From Neocallimastix sp. 'constans' (lineage: Eukaryota), in NCBI GenBank assembly GCA_050613775.1, contig JBODTK010000148.1, positions 310,001-374,000 on the forward strand: a DNA stretch of 64,000 nucleotides, written 5' to 3'. The translations under genes and the position numbers were made by a program. The notes beneath the pieces were generated by a model, which was not told the DNA's origin, searched no databases, and worked only from the letters and a program-made list of their open reading frames with translations. Positions 1-15,203 of this stretch are shown here, piece after piece (positions within the stretch are counted from its first letter, which is position 1; every line of letters starts with the position of its first letter).

Positions 1-849
1 ATAATATTCGTTACGAATTTTATTAGTATTATTATAATTTTTATTATTATTTGGTTTATTTTTATTTATATTATTGACATTTGAATCGTTTATAACGGTA
101 GTTTTTGACCTTAAAATTTCGGCTTTTTCAAAAAAGTCATGCCTTTTGTTTAATTCTTTAATAAGATCATCAAAAGTTTTATAACTATAAATTGGTGGTG
201 AATTTATACCAATTCTATCTAATTCATTTACTGCAAATAAAAGTTTAGTTTCCTCATCAAAAGGAATTCTTTTTAATTTATTAGATTCAAATTTATGTCG
301 TTCGAAAAGATTGTTTAATTCATTAATATATTGAATATAGTCATTGTTTATTAACTTAAGATTAATAATTTTATATTCAAGAATATTTAATAGTGCTTGG
401 CCAGATTGATAGAAACGGTTTTTTAATCTATCAATCATACTATAAGCAGTTTTACATCCTCGTAAATATTCTTGGTTTGATTTTTCTAAACTATTTATTA
501 TGATAGATTGAACCGCATTATCCGATTTTATTTGACCTCTGTTCATATTTGAATATTGGATTTCTTTTTCAATATAAATATCTAAATCATTGGCAATGAG
601 ATGCCTCTTTAAAGGCTCATACCAATCTAAGAAATTTTCTTTATTTAATACGAAATCTTTAATTTCAAAAACAGATTTAGTTATATTTCCATAATATTTG
701 TTTATGATAATCCTTTTATCATTGGATTCATCATCTTCATATGAAGAAATCGATTCATCGTCCTTATTTTCAGTTGGATTCGATGAACTCGAACTCTCTT
801 CAATATGATTATTATTGTTATTCTTTCTTTTAGCCATTCTTTGGAACAT
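1..849 (-). CDS. Ty1/Copia gag ORF (N-terminal part, open to the window edge)
   Basis: Manual translation from ATG at 849: MFQRMAKRKNN...LNKENFLDWYEPLKRHLIANDLDIYIE...VQSIIINSL...CKTAYSMIDRLKNRFY... with no stop before position 1. Matches the Copia Gag (UBN2/Retrotran_gag_2) pattern 'NF..W...L' and 'TAY.M...L...F'. Lies directly downstream of an LTR plus PBS. Confidence 0.8.
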   Translation of the reverse strand, partial: MFQRMAKRKNNNNNHIEESSSSSNPTENKDDESISSYEDDESNDKRIIINKYYGNITKSVFEIKDFVLNKENFLDWYEPLKRHLIANDLDIYIEKEIQYSNMNRGQIKSDNAVQSIIINSLEKSNQEYLRGCKTAYSMIDRLKNRFYQSGQALLNILEYKIINLKLINNDYIQYINELNNLFERHKFESNKLKRIPFDEETKLLFAVNELDRIGINSPPIYSYKTFDDLIKELNKRHDFFEKAEILRSKTTVINDSNVNNINKNKPNNNKNYNNTNKIRNEYY

Positions 850-936
850 TAATATAAAATAATTAATTATATTATAAAGTCATTAAAATCATTAAAATGT
901 TTTAAAAATTAAAATTAATAATAGGTCTCTTGATAT

Positions 937-951
937 ATGAGACTCTTAATC
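937..951 (-). promoter_or_regulatory. Primer-binding site of Copia element 1, complementary to the tRNA-Lys(CUU) anticodon arm
   Basis: Minus strand reads GATTAAGAGTCTCAT immediately after the LTR-terminal CA. The plus-strand ATGAGACTCTTAATC equals the anticodon stem-loop of eukaryotic tRNA-Lys(CTT) as recalled. Confidence 0.75.
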
Positions 952-1194
952 TGTTAAGGAGTCAATATAAGATATGATGTGTACACAACAAAATGTATTA
1001 TTATTTAATTAAATTTAATTTATTATTTATTAATTTATATGATTTAAAAAAGTATTTAAAAAGACTCAAAATATTAATTTCATAAAAAAATTTTCTTTTT
1101 ATATTTTACATACAAATTATTACTTAATCAAATATTATAAATATTTATTATACTTTAATGTACAAAAGTTTAAATATTATGTTGAACTTTAACA
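952..1194 (-). mobile_element. 5' LTR of Copia element 1
   Basis: TGTTAAGG...TTTAACA inverted termini, abutting the PBS and gag, loosely similar to the LTR at 1560-1760. The right boundary is inferred from the terminal motif only. Confidence 0.65.
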
Positions 1195-1559
1195 AAATTA
1201 ATACTATTAAGATTCATTTTCTATCGTTAATAATTAATTTTTAATATAAATATTTTTAATATATTAAATTTCATATATTATTTTCTATATTACTACAATT
1301 ATTATAGTAATAATATTTTTATTACTTTTCTATTATTTAATTAATCACTTAATAAAAATGATAAATATTAATACTATTATTATTATTAACTTTTATATTA
1401 AAGAACATAATTACAAAAAATTATATTTTTAATTATTATATTTATCATTACTAGCAAAAATTATAATTTTTAATTATATTATTAGTAAGATATATGAATT
1501 GTTTATATTACATATAAAAATTTATTTTATATTGAAATTTAATATGAGCATTTAAAAAT

Positions 1560-1760
1560 TGTTAAGGCGTTACACAGAATGTTTTGTACACGATATTTAT
1601 ATTATTATATATTTATTTATTAATTAATTATGATTTTATATTTTTTTATTATAAAAGGACTTAATTATTTAATATTATACATTAATTCAATATTTAATCT
1701 TTCACGTACACATTATATCATTAATATACTTTATAATATCTTAATGTATTTTACTTAACA
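1560..1760 (-). mobile_element. 3' LTR (201 bp) of Copia element 2, with adjacent PPT at 1761-1768
   Basis: TGTTAAG...CTTAACA termini. Minus-strand AGGGGGAA polypurine tract directly precedes the LTR and lies downstream of the RNase H region. Confidence 0.8.
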
Positions 1761-1782
1761 TTCCCCCTACATTAAGTATTAT

Positions 1783-1869
<87 letters not shown>

Positions 1870-3909
1870 CTATATATACAAATAATGAAAAATAATAATA
1901 TATTTTTTAACTATATATACAAATAATGAATAATAATAAAAAAAATTTTTTTTTTTAATCTGTAAAAATTAAATTTGTATAATGATTCATTTTTATGACT
2001 GTAATCCTTTTTGTTAGAGGATCAGCTAACATATTTTCTGTATTAATATATTCTAATATAATATTATTGTTATTTATTTCTTCTTATATAAATTTATATC
2101 TTGTATCTATGTGTTTACATCGACCTTTTGAATTTGTATCTTGAGCTATTGCTATACAAGCTTTTTATCTACCATAATTTTAATTTTTATTTTCTTTATT
2201 AAATATTTCTTTAATTAAATTTTTAAACCAAATACCTTGTTTGGCACATTCAGTCAAACTTACGAATTCAACTTCTGCTGTGGATAAAGTTACGCTTTTT
2301 TTGTTGTTGAGATTTCTATGAAATTGGACTATCACCATGTAAGAAAATAAAACCGTTAGTAGACCTTATTGTTTTTTCATCACTTGCAAAATCTAAATCA
2401 GAATATCCAATGAAACTATTTTTTTCATTATAGCATAATGATTTGTTAATTTGTTCCTTTTAAATATTGTAATATGTGCATTAATGATCTATTGTCCGTT
2501 TCGGTTGGATTTTCACAATTTCTTGAAGCTGGGCTTACTACGAAAGATATGTCAGGTCTGGACTTTACTGCTATAGAGCACCAAGTAAAAATTTATATTC
2601 TGCAACATTAACCAAGTATGAATTTTCTCTTTCAAAATCAGTTACATTTCTGAAAGTCGTTTTGACACTCTTTTTTTTATTCATCTTATATTTTTTGATG
2701 ATCTTGTTGATGTAATCTATTTGATTTATTTTGTATCCATCTTTAGTTTTATATATATTGATACCGATTATTTTATTTGTCTTTGATTCTTTTGAAATCT
2801 TATATTTACCTTTTAATTTAATAATATATTAATAATTTAATAAATTATATTAATAATATAATTTATTTCATTACCCTTTCCTGTTATTAAAATGTCATCA
2901 AATATAACGTTAGTAAACAAATTAATTTATTACTTTTATCATATTTTCCAAAAAGATATTTATCTATATTGTATTTTCTAAAACCAATACTAATGAGAAA
3001 ATGTGATATTTCTTTGTACCACATTCTACTAGCTTGTTTTAAACTATAGAGAGCCTTCTTTAATAGCCAATATTTATTTTTATTGTAATTTTTATCACCT
3101 AAAGGTATTTTCATATATATTTTTTCTTCTAAATCCTCATTTAAGTATGTAGCTTTAATATCTAATTGTTTAAGGTTCCATTCATTTAGAGAGGCTATAC
3201 CAACTATTAATCTGAGACTGTCAGGCTTGAATTGCTGGTGAATATGTTTCAATAAAATCTTGCCCATGTATTTGTTGGAAACCACGAGACTAGTCTTGCC
3301 TTTTTTTTTGTTATCATCCTTTTCAGTGAATATCCATTTAGTATCTATTATGTGTACATTTTTTGGAATTTTATTAACTACTTCCATTACATTGTTGTTA
3401 TACATATTTGAAATTTCTTCTTTAATGGCTAATTTCCATTCATTGCTGTCTTCTGAATTGATGGTTTGTTTGTATGTGTTTGGAACGTTCGTAATAATGT
3501 TCATAACTTTGTGTCGTTTGTTTTATTATTTTTTAATTTTTTTTCTCTTAAACTTAATGATTCGTTATCTGAATCACTATTATATTCACTATCTTCGAGA
3601 GAGATCTTTTATTATTTAAATTATTTTTATTGTTATCATTATTGTTTAAATAATTATTATTTAGGTTATTATTGTCAATTAAACTATTTTTATTTAAATT
3701 AGTATTGATTTGTTGATTATTATTAAAAGAATTATTATTTGTATCATTATTATTGTTTGAATTATTATTACTATTATTTAAATTATTATTATTATTATTT
3801 AAATTATTGTTATTTTTTAAAAAAAAAAATACTATTATTATCATAATTATATAAATTATTGTTATTATTTAAATTGTTATCATTAAATAAATTATTATTA
3901 TTCAAATCA

Positions 3910-4183
<274 letters not shown>

Positions 4184-6934
4184 TATCTCTATAATTATTA
4201 TTATTCATATCTCTATAATTATTATTATTCATATTGCTATAATTATTATTATTCATATTGTTATTATTATTTAAAGGATTTTTTAATTGTAAATCATTCA
4301 TAATATCATTAGAATTATTACTTTCCCCTCAATTAGTAAATCCTTGAAATCAATAAGAGAGTCAATATATTTATTGCAAAAGAAAGTAGTATTAATAGTA
4401 CCAAGAGTATCTTCTAAAAAATAAGCATCTCTGGCGGTAATAATAAAATTAGTAGAAACATCTAAAATTTTATAACCAAGAGAATCAGTTAATAACAAAG
4501 GAAAATACCAGGTTTGGAATTATTTTCAAATTTATTGGTTTTATGATTATTATAAAAAGAAGGCTTTACAACCAAAAACTTTAAGATGTGCAATATCAAC
4601 GGGTTTGTTGAAAAATAATTCATTAGGAATTTTATTTTCACTACTCCGATAAGGGTTAATATTATACAAATAAGCAGCACATAAAATAGCGGAATCCCAG
4701 AATTTGAGAGGAAGTTTAGCAGAACTCAATAAAATCGTTGCACAATCGTTTATAGTTTGGTTTAAGCTCTCAGATTAACCATTTTGCTGAGAATTTCCTG
4801 GAGTAGAATGAATAAAATTAATACCTTTAGATTCCATAAATTTAATTAAATTTTTATTAATGTATTCTGTACCATGATCAGATTTAATATTAATAATTTT
4901 GAAAGGAGTAGTATTAGAAATAAAGTTATAAAATTTAATAAAAGTATCAGGAATATCTAACCCAACATTTTCTGGAAAAACCATCAAGAAAAGTGAAATA
5001 GTAATTAAAATCATTAAAAGAATTTTCTAGTTTTCCTATAACATCGGTGTGAACTAATTCCATTGGTATTTCAGATTTATTAAGAGTGTTATAAAAAGGT
5101 TTTTTCTTTAACTTGCTGATTTTGCATTGATGACAATTTTTAGAGATATAAAGTTTCAAATGTTCTATAACAAAATTTTGTATATTTTTATTAACGTAAT
5201 GACCTGATCTCGGGTGCCATAAAACAGTATCTATATGAAAAACGTGATTTTTTGAAGTAATTATTATTAATTGATATGGTATCAAAAAAAAATAAATTTT
5301 CGTCATCTGCATAAATATTTGCTATTAATTTATTATTTTTTATTATCTGTAATCTGTCCTTATTATTAATATTTTCCATAATTAATTTCAACACAGAGAA
5401 TGTGTTGAAATTAAATTATTTTTGATATTTGACGAGTAATAAACATTAGATAAAATAAATTTATTATTTTTAAATTAGCCATTATAAGTTCCTATATGTT
5501 TTATTTCATCTAGGGTTAAATCCACTTGGGTAAATAATATTTTTATTGTTAACGTAATTAATGTCTTTTAAATTATTTAATTCATTTGTTGGATTGATTC
5601 AGTCCCACTATTAATAATACTGCCTTTGAATATCTCATCCACAAATTCTCAAAATCAGTAATAAATATCCTGATTTCTTCTCTATTATAAACTAGTTTCT
5701 TTATTATAACTTCCCTTCGTTATATTAGCAAAACTAGATATTACAAATATATAAAACCTTCTTTTTTTTAATTTAAAAAAAATACATTAATACTAATATA
5801 ATAATAATTAAAAAATTATTTTATATATGTGTGTAAAAATAAAACACATTAATACTAATATATTATAAAAATTATATAAAATTATAATAAAATTTTAAAA
5901 AAAAAAATTATATATATTATTATAAAATTATATAAATATATATATTTATGTTAGTAACAATTAATAAGTTATATAAAATAAGATTATAAAAATTTATTTA
6001 AAAAATTATTATTAAAAATTATTTATAAAAAAATAATAAAAAATAAAAAAAAAAATAAAAAAAACTTATTATAAATAATTATCATAAAAATTATAAAGAA
6101 ATAAAAAAAAATTATAAAAAAATTATAAAAAAATAATAAAATAATAATAAAAAAAAAATTACTGAAAATTATCAATAATGATTAGTAATAATTATAAAAA
6201 AAATAACTATTGCTGAAATTTTTTAATAATGATTAATTATAGTTTTAAAAAATTATTATATAAAAATATAAAAATTAAAAAAAAAATTATTATAAAAAAG
6301 TATTATATAAAATCAAAAAATTAAAAATTAAAAAAAAATATATTATATATAATTATCATAAATAATTATTATAAAAAAAGATTATAAAAAATATAATTTT
6401 GTTAGTAATGAATAATAAAAGTTATTAAAAAAAAATAATTACTATTGAAATTTTTATTTTTTAATAATGAATAAAAAAGAGCTATTACTGAAATTTTTTA
6501 ATAATTATTAAGAATAATTTTAAAAAAAATAAATATTACTGATATTTTTTAATGATAATTAATAACAGTTTTAAAAAAAAAATTATTTTAAAAAAATTAT
6601 AAAAAAAATTTTTATAAAAAAATATTAAAAAAATAATAAATTATAATAAAAATAACAAATTATAAAAATAATAAATTATAATAAAAATAACAAATTATAA
6701 AAATAATAAATTATAATAAAAATAACAAATTATAAAAATAACAAATTATTATAAAAAGTATTAAAACAAATATTATAAAAATAACAAATTATAATAAAAA
6801 TAACAAATTATAAAAATAACAAATTATTATAAAAAGTATTAAAACAAATATTATAAAAATAACAAATTATAAAAATAACAAATGATTATACAAAGTATTA
6901 AAACAAATATATATAAATTATTATAAAAAGTTAT

Positions 6935-7415
6935 AAAAAACTAAAATATTATTATAAAAAGAATAATTTGTTACAAAAAGATTAAAAAAAATTTATAAAA
7001 AAGTATTATTAAAAATATTATAAAAAATTATAAAAAATTATTATAAAATATTATATTATAATATTTTATATATATATAAAATATAAAATATATATATAAT
7101 TGAAAACAAATTAAAATAATATTATATATATATATTTAAAAAAAAAATTATAAAAAATTATAAAAAATTAAAAATAAAAAACTAAAATATTATTATAAAA
7201 AGAATAATTTGTTACAAAAAGATTAAAAAAAATTTATAAAAAAGTATTATTAAAAATATTATAAAAAATTATAAAAAATTATTATAAAATATTATATTAT
7301 AATATTTTATATATATATAAAATATAAAATATATATATAATTGAAAACAAATTAAAATAATATTATATATATATATTTAAAAAAAAAATTATAAAAAATT
7401 ATAAAAAATTAAAAA
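6935..7415. repeat. Tandem duplication of a ~241-bp A-rich unit, followed by three copies of a ~42-bp unit to ~7545
   Basis: ctaaaatattattataaaaagaataatttgttacaaaaag occurs at 6941 and 7182. ttgaataatattagtatataaatatttaaaag occurs three times in 7420-7545. Confidence 0.85.
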
Positions 7416-8951
7416 TAAATTGAATAATATTAGTATATAAATATTTAAAAGAAAAAAAAAATTGAATAATATTAGTATATAAATATTTAAAAGAAAAAAA
7501 AAATTGAATAATATTAGTATATAAATATTTAAAAGAAAAAAAAAATAAGTAATAAAATATAGTTTGTTAATACACTCCTGAAATATTAAATTTCTCATTA
7601 TTTTTTTAAAAGTTTTTATTTTTTTTTTATTATTTTATTTAATATAATTATAAGTATATTAGTATGAAATAAATAAATGAAATAAGTACAAAATATATAA
7701 AATATTTCATCAATTCTTAATAATATATTATATTAAATGGGATATAAAATATTTTGAATTTGAAATTAAATAATAAAATGTACAAATATAGTAAATTTGG
7801 CAAATACAAATTAATTTAAAAAAAATTATACTATTTTCTTTTAATATATAATATAATTTTTTTAATATATAAAAATATACATAAAATACATATATATATT
7901 TTTTATTATTTATTAATTTAAATTACTATATGTAATGTCACAACTATAAAAAAAAAAAAAAAAGGAAAAAAATATTAAATTAATATAGAATAGAAAAAAA
8001 ACGTAAATTTAAATATATTTAAATAAATAATAAATTAAGTAATATATTATAATATAACGCCTTTTTTAATAACATTTATTAATCATCCAATTTAATTTTA
8101 TTAATTTTTTGTATATTTCATATGATAATATTTAATAAAAAAAAATTATATATATTAAAAATAAATAATTTATTATTTATGATTTATTATTTATGATTTA
8201 TGATTTATTATTTATTATTTATTATTTATTATTTATTATTTATTATTTATTATTTATTATTTATTATTTATTATTTATTATTTATTATTTATTATTTATT
8301 ATTTATTATTTATTATTTATTTATTATTAAAAGAATGTTTTAAATTTTAAAATTTAATACTTGTTTCTTTCTTTATAAAGATATCAAACAATAATTTAAT
8401 ATTTTTATGGTTATATTTTTGTATTTTTGATTATTTTTTTTTCCTCCCCAAAATTTGAAATTATTAATAAAAAAAAATTAATAAAATTTTTAATTTCAGG
8501 AAAAAAAAATAATAATAATTAATTAATGATAATTAATAATAAAAATATAAAATATTAAATCATTAATAATAAAAATAATAAGCAATAAAAATAATTTAAA
8601 AAAAATTAATAACAACTTATAAATTCATGATATAAATACATATCAATAATTTCTAATTTATAAATAATTATTAAAAATTTTTTTTTTTTTTTCATTTATT
8701 ATTTTTCCAAATTTAATAATTAAAATATCCATTTAAAATGAAAATGGGAAAATACAAATATTACTAATCGTACTAATTATAATTATAATAATAATTAAAT
8801 AAAAATAAAATTATTTATTTATTTTTTTATTAATTCTTTAAATAGTTCTAATAAATAATTAATATATATATATAAATATTTGAATTTGAATTTGTATTTG
8901 TTTTATCTATTAAGTAATTAATCCTATTTTTATATTTTTTATATTTATTCC

Positions 8952-9055
<104 letters not shown>

Positions 9056-10135
9056 TAGAATTAACAAATTATTAATAAAAAAAAAAAAGAAAAAAATTGT
9101 ATTGCTTCCATTTCCTATTATAATATTTATTTTTATTTTTTATATTTTTATTTTTTAATTTTTTAATTTTTTTTTTATTTTTTATTTTTTATTTTAAAGA
9201 AAAAAAAATTATATTAATTAGCATTACTTATATAATATCTTTGTTTAAGTTTATGTTTCATTATTTTATGTTTGACAAAACATGTTTGTTCTTAATTCTA
9301 TAGGTTATCTTTTTTTATCTAAAAAAAGTAAAAAATTTTTTCTCTTATTTTTTTATTATTATTAATAAATCCATATTATTTTTTCTTAATCAAAAAATTG
9401 TTCTATTATTATTATTATCTATTATTATTATTATTATTAAAAAAGAAAAACATACAGCATTGTTTTATTAAGTTTATGATTATTCAATATTCCATTATTT
9501 CATTATTTTATGTTTAACAAAAATATTAAGTTTATGATTATTCAATATTCCATTATTTCATTATTTTATGTTTGACAAAACATGTTCGTTCTTAATTCTA
9601 TTGAAGATTGTTTTAAGTAATAAATTATTTCTTTTTTTTTTTTTTATAATGAAATAATTTTTTTCAAAACATTAATACCATTAAATCATCAGCTTAATAT
9701 AAATTTAAAAAGGATACTTTCAATATTGTTTTATTATTATAAGTTTTATTTTTTTTTTTTTTTTTTTTTTTTTTATATTTGTCCTTATTTAATGGATTTC
9801 GTTTAACGATTTTTTTTTTTTTTACGAAAAAGTTAAATACATTTATAAAAAAAAAAAAATAGTTGAAAAATTTTTTTTCTTGATATTGATATTTATAAAA
9901 TGTAAATGTAAGCTTTTAAAATAATATTATAAAAAAAAAAAAATTAGTCTATTTATTAAAGACAATCATTTAAAAAAAAAAAAAAATCTACTTTTTTTTT
10001 CTTTTTTGGTTCGTTTAAAATATTTTTCAGAAAAAATATATATATATTAACGTAAATAAATATTATTAAAAAAAATGAATGAAATTTAAAAAAAAATTAT
10101 AAAATGTTTTTTTAAAAATTTATTGATAAAGTCTA

Positions 10136-10869
10136 TTATATATCTTGAATTATATGTGATGGGCATAAATTTTCATAACAAATACGATAAACGGCAGTAA
10201 ATAATGGAAATTCTTCAGTACAATTATGTTGAGTTAAAATTTGATAAATTTCTTTCGAAGTAATGGTACCTTGTAATTTTTGACCATTTAACATCTCTTT
10301 TTCTAAGTCATCGAACGACTATTTTTTTTTTTTTTATTTTAATTAAATATTATATAAATAGGTATATTATATAAATAAGATATTTTTAATAACAATTATA
10401 TAAATTAATAAAACATAAATTATGAATATATTAACTAATTTTACTTATTTAAAAAAAAAAATTATTACCTTTCCAGTTAATACATGAGCTTCAGCTAATT
10501 TTCTATGACGTCCACCATAGCATGTAGTAACTACATCAGCAACACCACAACTTTCAAAGAAAGTTTCATTCTTAATTCCAGTGTAGAACATATGTGAAAA
10601 TTTCTTCATTTCTGCTATGCCAATTCTTATTATTGCTGCCTTTGTATTACTACCCATTCTATAAAAATTTTAAACAATATTAAAATATCATAATTAATAA
10701 TTAATTCAATTATAAAGTTCATTCATTATATTTAAATAATAATATAAATAAGCTTACTTTAATCCATCTACAAATCCAGCAGCTAAGGCAACAACATTTC
10801 TATATAAAATTATTTAAATAATTATTTTTTTTTTAATACAACGATTATACTATTTTTTCTTAACTATTC

Positions 10870-10902
<33 letters not shown>

Positions 10903-12046
10903 TTGTTTTTGATTTTGTTTCAATTATATTATTTTATAATCTTTTTTTTTTGGCTTTTGTTTTGTATTAATTATTTTACTTTAAAATTTTCTTTAAAAAT
11001 AATATTCTTTTTAAAATTTTCTTTAAAAATAATATTCTTTTTTTATTGTTATCTATTTTGTTTTAATTATAATATTTTAAAATCTTTTTTGGTTTTTTGT
11101 TATGTTTTAATTATTTTTTTAAAAACTTTTTTAAAAATATTTTTTTTTATAATATATCTAAAAGTATTCTTAATGAAATTTTTTTTTTCTCTTTTCTCTT
11201 TTAAATATTATTATATCTTTAAATATTCTTTAATTATTTAATTATAACTAGATTTCAAAATATTTTTTAAAAGCAATATTAACAAAATAAAATATAAATT
11301 CTTTTTTAAAAACAACAAAAAAAAAAACTTACTTCAAAGCACCACATAATTCAACACCTGAAACATCTTGAACAGCATTAACTCTGAAATAACTAGTATT
11401 AAATAGTTTTTTAAATATTTCTCCATTTTGTGGATCGCTATAACCAATGGTCGTTTCACAAAATTGTTCAATAGCTACTTCACTAGCAACATTAGCACCC
11501 ATTAAAACACTAACATCAATTGATAATGATTTTCTGATTTCTTCTGAAATTAAAAGTAAACCACCTTTTGAAATATCAATTCCTTTAATTAATGAAATAG
11601 CTCTACAATCTTCCCGTAGTTTTCCTCTTATTTTTTCACATGTAGATTTTACAAATTGATGTGGTATAACAAAAACTAAAATTGTAGCATTTTCAACACA
11701 TTCTACAATATCTGAGCATGCAACAACATTTGGTGGAATTTTTATACCTGGAAGATATTTAACATTTTCATGACAAGTATTAATAATTTCTGTTAACTTG
11801 CGTCCATTGATATATTCTTCAAATACCCACATTTTAACAGTACTACTAAATTCGGGATGTGTTAAAACATTTTTTCCTATAATCTTTGATATAGCAGAAC
11901 CCCTACAATAAATCATTATATTTAATAATTAAAAATTTTAATACTAAAATACAAAAAATTAAATATTATATATTTATATTTAATAAGTACCAATTTCCAC
12001 TACCAATAATGCAGACTTTCTCCTTTTCACCACTTATTCCTGGCAT
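10136..12046 (-). CDS. GPD1: Glycerol-3-phosphate dehydrogenase (NAD+); 5 exons: 12046-11991, 11902-11333, 10799-10758, 10658-10469, 10318-10136
   Basis: Spliced protein [25 protein letters not shown]...MWVFEE...HENVKYLPG...PHQF...[11 protein letters not shown]...[33 protein letters not shown]...[18 protein letters not shown]...NGQKLQG...FPLFTAVY. All introns are GT-AG and preserve frame. Confidence 0.97.
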
Positions 12047-15000
12047 TTCTGTTTACAAACGAAGTAATGTTAAATTATAAATTCCTATTACTTATAATTG
12101 TTATATTTAGTTGCTAAAATTTATATAGGCTCTATAAAGACAACACTTTCTTTTTTTATTTAGAAAAAAAAATACTTTATTTTAATGAAACAATTACTTT
12201 ATATTGTTTGGGTATTTTTTATATATTTTTTTAAAACCAATAAAAATAAACTTCTTATTTATTCTTATTGAAAACTATATCTTAATTTAAGAAAATATAT
12301 ATATATTTTATGTTTATATACTTTAAGATAATTTTTTTATATCTAAATAATATTTAAAATAAATTTAAAATTATCATTAATAATAAAGTATATATAACTA
12401 TAATTTTAATAAATATTACTTTAATATTTATTAATATTATAATATTCAATCAATCTATATATATAAACAATTAATATATAATATATATTACCTTTTAAAT
12501 TATCGCACTAGTATTTATATAATAAATATTTTATTAAATAATATTTTATGATTATTTTTATTTATTTTTATGTTTTTTTTATTTTTTTGGATGTTTTATG
12601 TTTTTTGATATACTTTTACACTTTTCTATTTAATTATTATAGTTATTGTTATATTAATTATTTTTACTTTAAATAATTTCCTTTTTTTTGGTTTATTTTT
12701 TAATTTATAATGGTGATATTTTCATTTCCTCTATAAATATATATATATATTATAATAAGTAAATATTAACATAATTAACATATAATAGAACATATATCTA
12801 ATTTATTTAAAATTGATTATTTACAATTTTATCTTTAATTTATTAGTTGGTTCTTATTTATGTCTTCAATAAATAAACTTTAAAAATCTTTTTATTTTTT
12901 TTTTTAATATCTATTTTTTATGTTTATTATTTTTATTTTTCTCTTTTTTTCAATAAGGTATTTTCTTCTTCTTACTATATTTATTTATATAATTTTTATA
13001 AATTACGTTTAATATAAATATAGTAAAAGAAAAAAAAAATAAAATTATAGATTTTCTTTTTTTATTGAGAAAATATATATTATGATAAAAAAAATATATA
13101 ATAAACAAATATTATAAAAGAATTTATTTTAATTATAAAATCTTTTAATATCTTTATAATTTATTTTTTTATAAAAAAAATAAAATAAAAAATTATAATA
13201 TTATTTCCCCCTTCAATAACAATTCTTTAATAATTCAAGAATTGTTTACTTTAATACTATATATTATTTAGAAAAAATAATAATTAATAAATAAATAATT
13301 CATCTAATTTCAGTATTAAATGAAAACAAAAGAGAAAAAAAAAATAAATACTTCTGAAAATAAAAAAGGAAAAAAAAAAAAAAGGAAAAAAAAGAAAAAA
13401 AATATAAATAATAATAAAAATAAAAAAATTTTAAAAAATATTTTTTTTTTACATATATTATTATTAATTATAAATTATTAAATTTGTATATACAATATAA
13501 AATATTACAAATATTGAAATATCTAATATAATGATATATAACCGAATTAAATGTAATATAATGGAAAATAGATTAAAATATAAAAAATTATTAAATTATG
13601 AAATTTTATTATTTATTATTCATTATTTTCATTATTTACAGCTATAAAAACATAAAAATACAAATTATTAATATGTATATATGACTATTTAATAATAAAT
13701 AATATTAAATAATTTATTATTATTAATTAGTATTAATTATATTTTTATTTTTATTTCTTCTTTATTAATTTATCAATATTAAAAAAATTTTTTTTTTGAT
13801 TCATTATTTATTAATCACCAAAAAAAAAAAATAAGAAATATTAAATAAATATAAAATATTAAATATTAAGTAATAAAATTTAAATGAAATATTGAAATAC
13901 TCGTAAAAAAATATATAAAAAAATATAAAAAGAAAAAAAAAATAATTTTTTATAAAATTCTTGGAAATTTTAATAAATAGTAACAAATATAATAACAAAT
14001 ATATTATAATAATATAAAATTAATTTGGTAATATATTGAATATATATTATGTTTATATAATATATGGAATATATAATGTTATATATTAAATTATTTTGTA
14101 TGGATAGAGAAAAAAGGATAAAAAAAGTTTTTGTATATTGAAATAACTTTTATTAAATCTATAGAACTGATTTAATATATTATACCTTAACTTATTATAT
14201 TAGTAATATATCTCATTTAGTAAAGAAAATTATATAGCTAATAGAATAAAGTTTATTTATTATTTAAAATTATTTATTTAATATTATAATGTTTTATTTA
14301 TTTATTAATATCAATTAATTTATTTAATTATTAATATTATTTATTTATTTATCAATAGTAATTAAGTTTTTTTAATATATTTATATTTGTACAATATATG
14401 TTTAAACACAAACTACTTTATAAATTATTTTATTATAAATTAAAAAAATTACTTTTTAGTAAAAATACAAAAAAAAGTTTTTTGTATTAGAAATATTTAA
14501 TAACGATAATATATAAAATATATTGATAAATATACTGTAAGTATTAATGGAGAATATAAATATATTTTATTAAAATTTATTGATTCAATTTGATTTTTAT
14601 ATAATATAATATATTAATTAATATATTTTAAAATACATATTTATTAATTTTTATTTTAAACACGGTTCTTTAATTTTATATAATTTATATTAATATAATA
14701 ATATTTTAATATATTATTTTATTTAAAATATTATATATTATATGGTATATTTATTATATCTAATATATTATATTATTTAATAAATTAATAATATCTCAAT
14801 ATATTAATTTAAACATAATATAATCTACTAGACTATTAAATTAAAATTATTTAAACAATAATTTAATATATAAAATATATATGAAATATATTATAGTATA
14901 ATAGAAATAACTTTATTAATATACAAAAAACAAAAATTTTTATTAGATTTGAATTATTGTAAAACAAAAGTATTAAGTCTCTTTGGGCTAATTGGATAAT

Positions 15001-15140
15001 ATAATTATACCTAATTAGAATTAAAATTATTAAAAAATAACTTTTATCTATAATATATTATATTATATCTATTTAATATTAAATAATTCTTTCAATTCTC
15101 ATTTTTTATATTTATTTGTAAATATTTATATTTTTTGCTT

Positions 15141-15203
<63 letters not shown>

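Noticed and set aside
930..960. tRNA-Lys gene
   Set aside because: Only the anticodon arm matches, with no D or T arms. Better explained as a PBS.
9245..9602. Short duplicated segments downstream of GPD1
   Set aside because: Ordinary local slippage duplications of ~55-60 bp.
11447..11659. 70-aa plus-strand ORF
   Set aside because: Antisense shadow of GPD1 exon 2.
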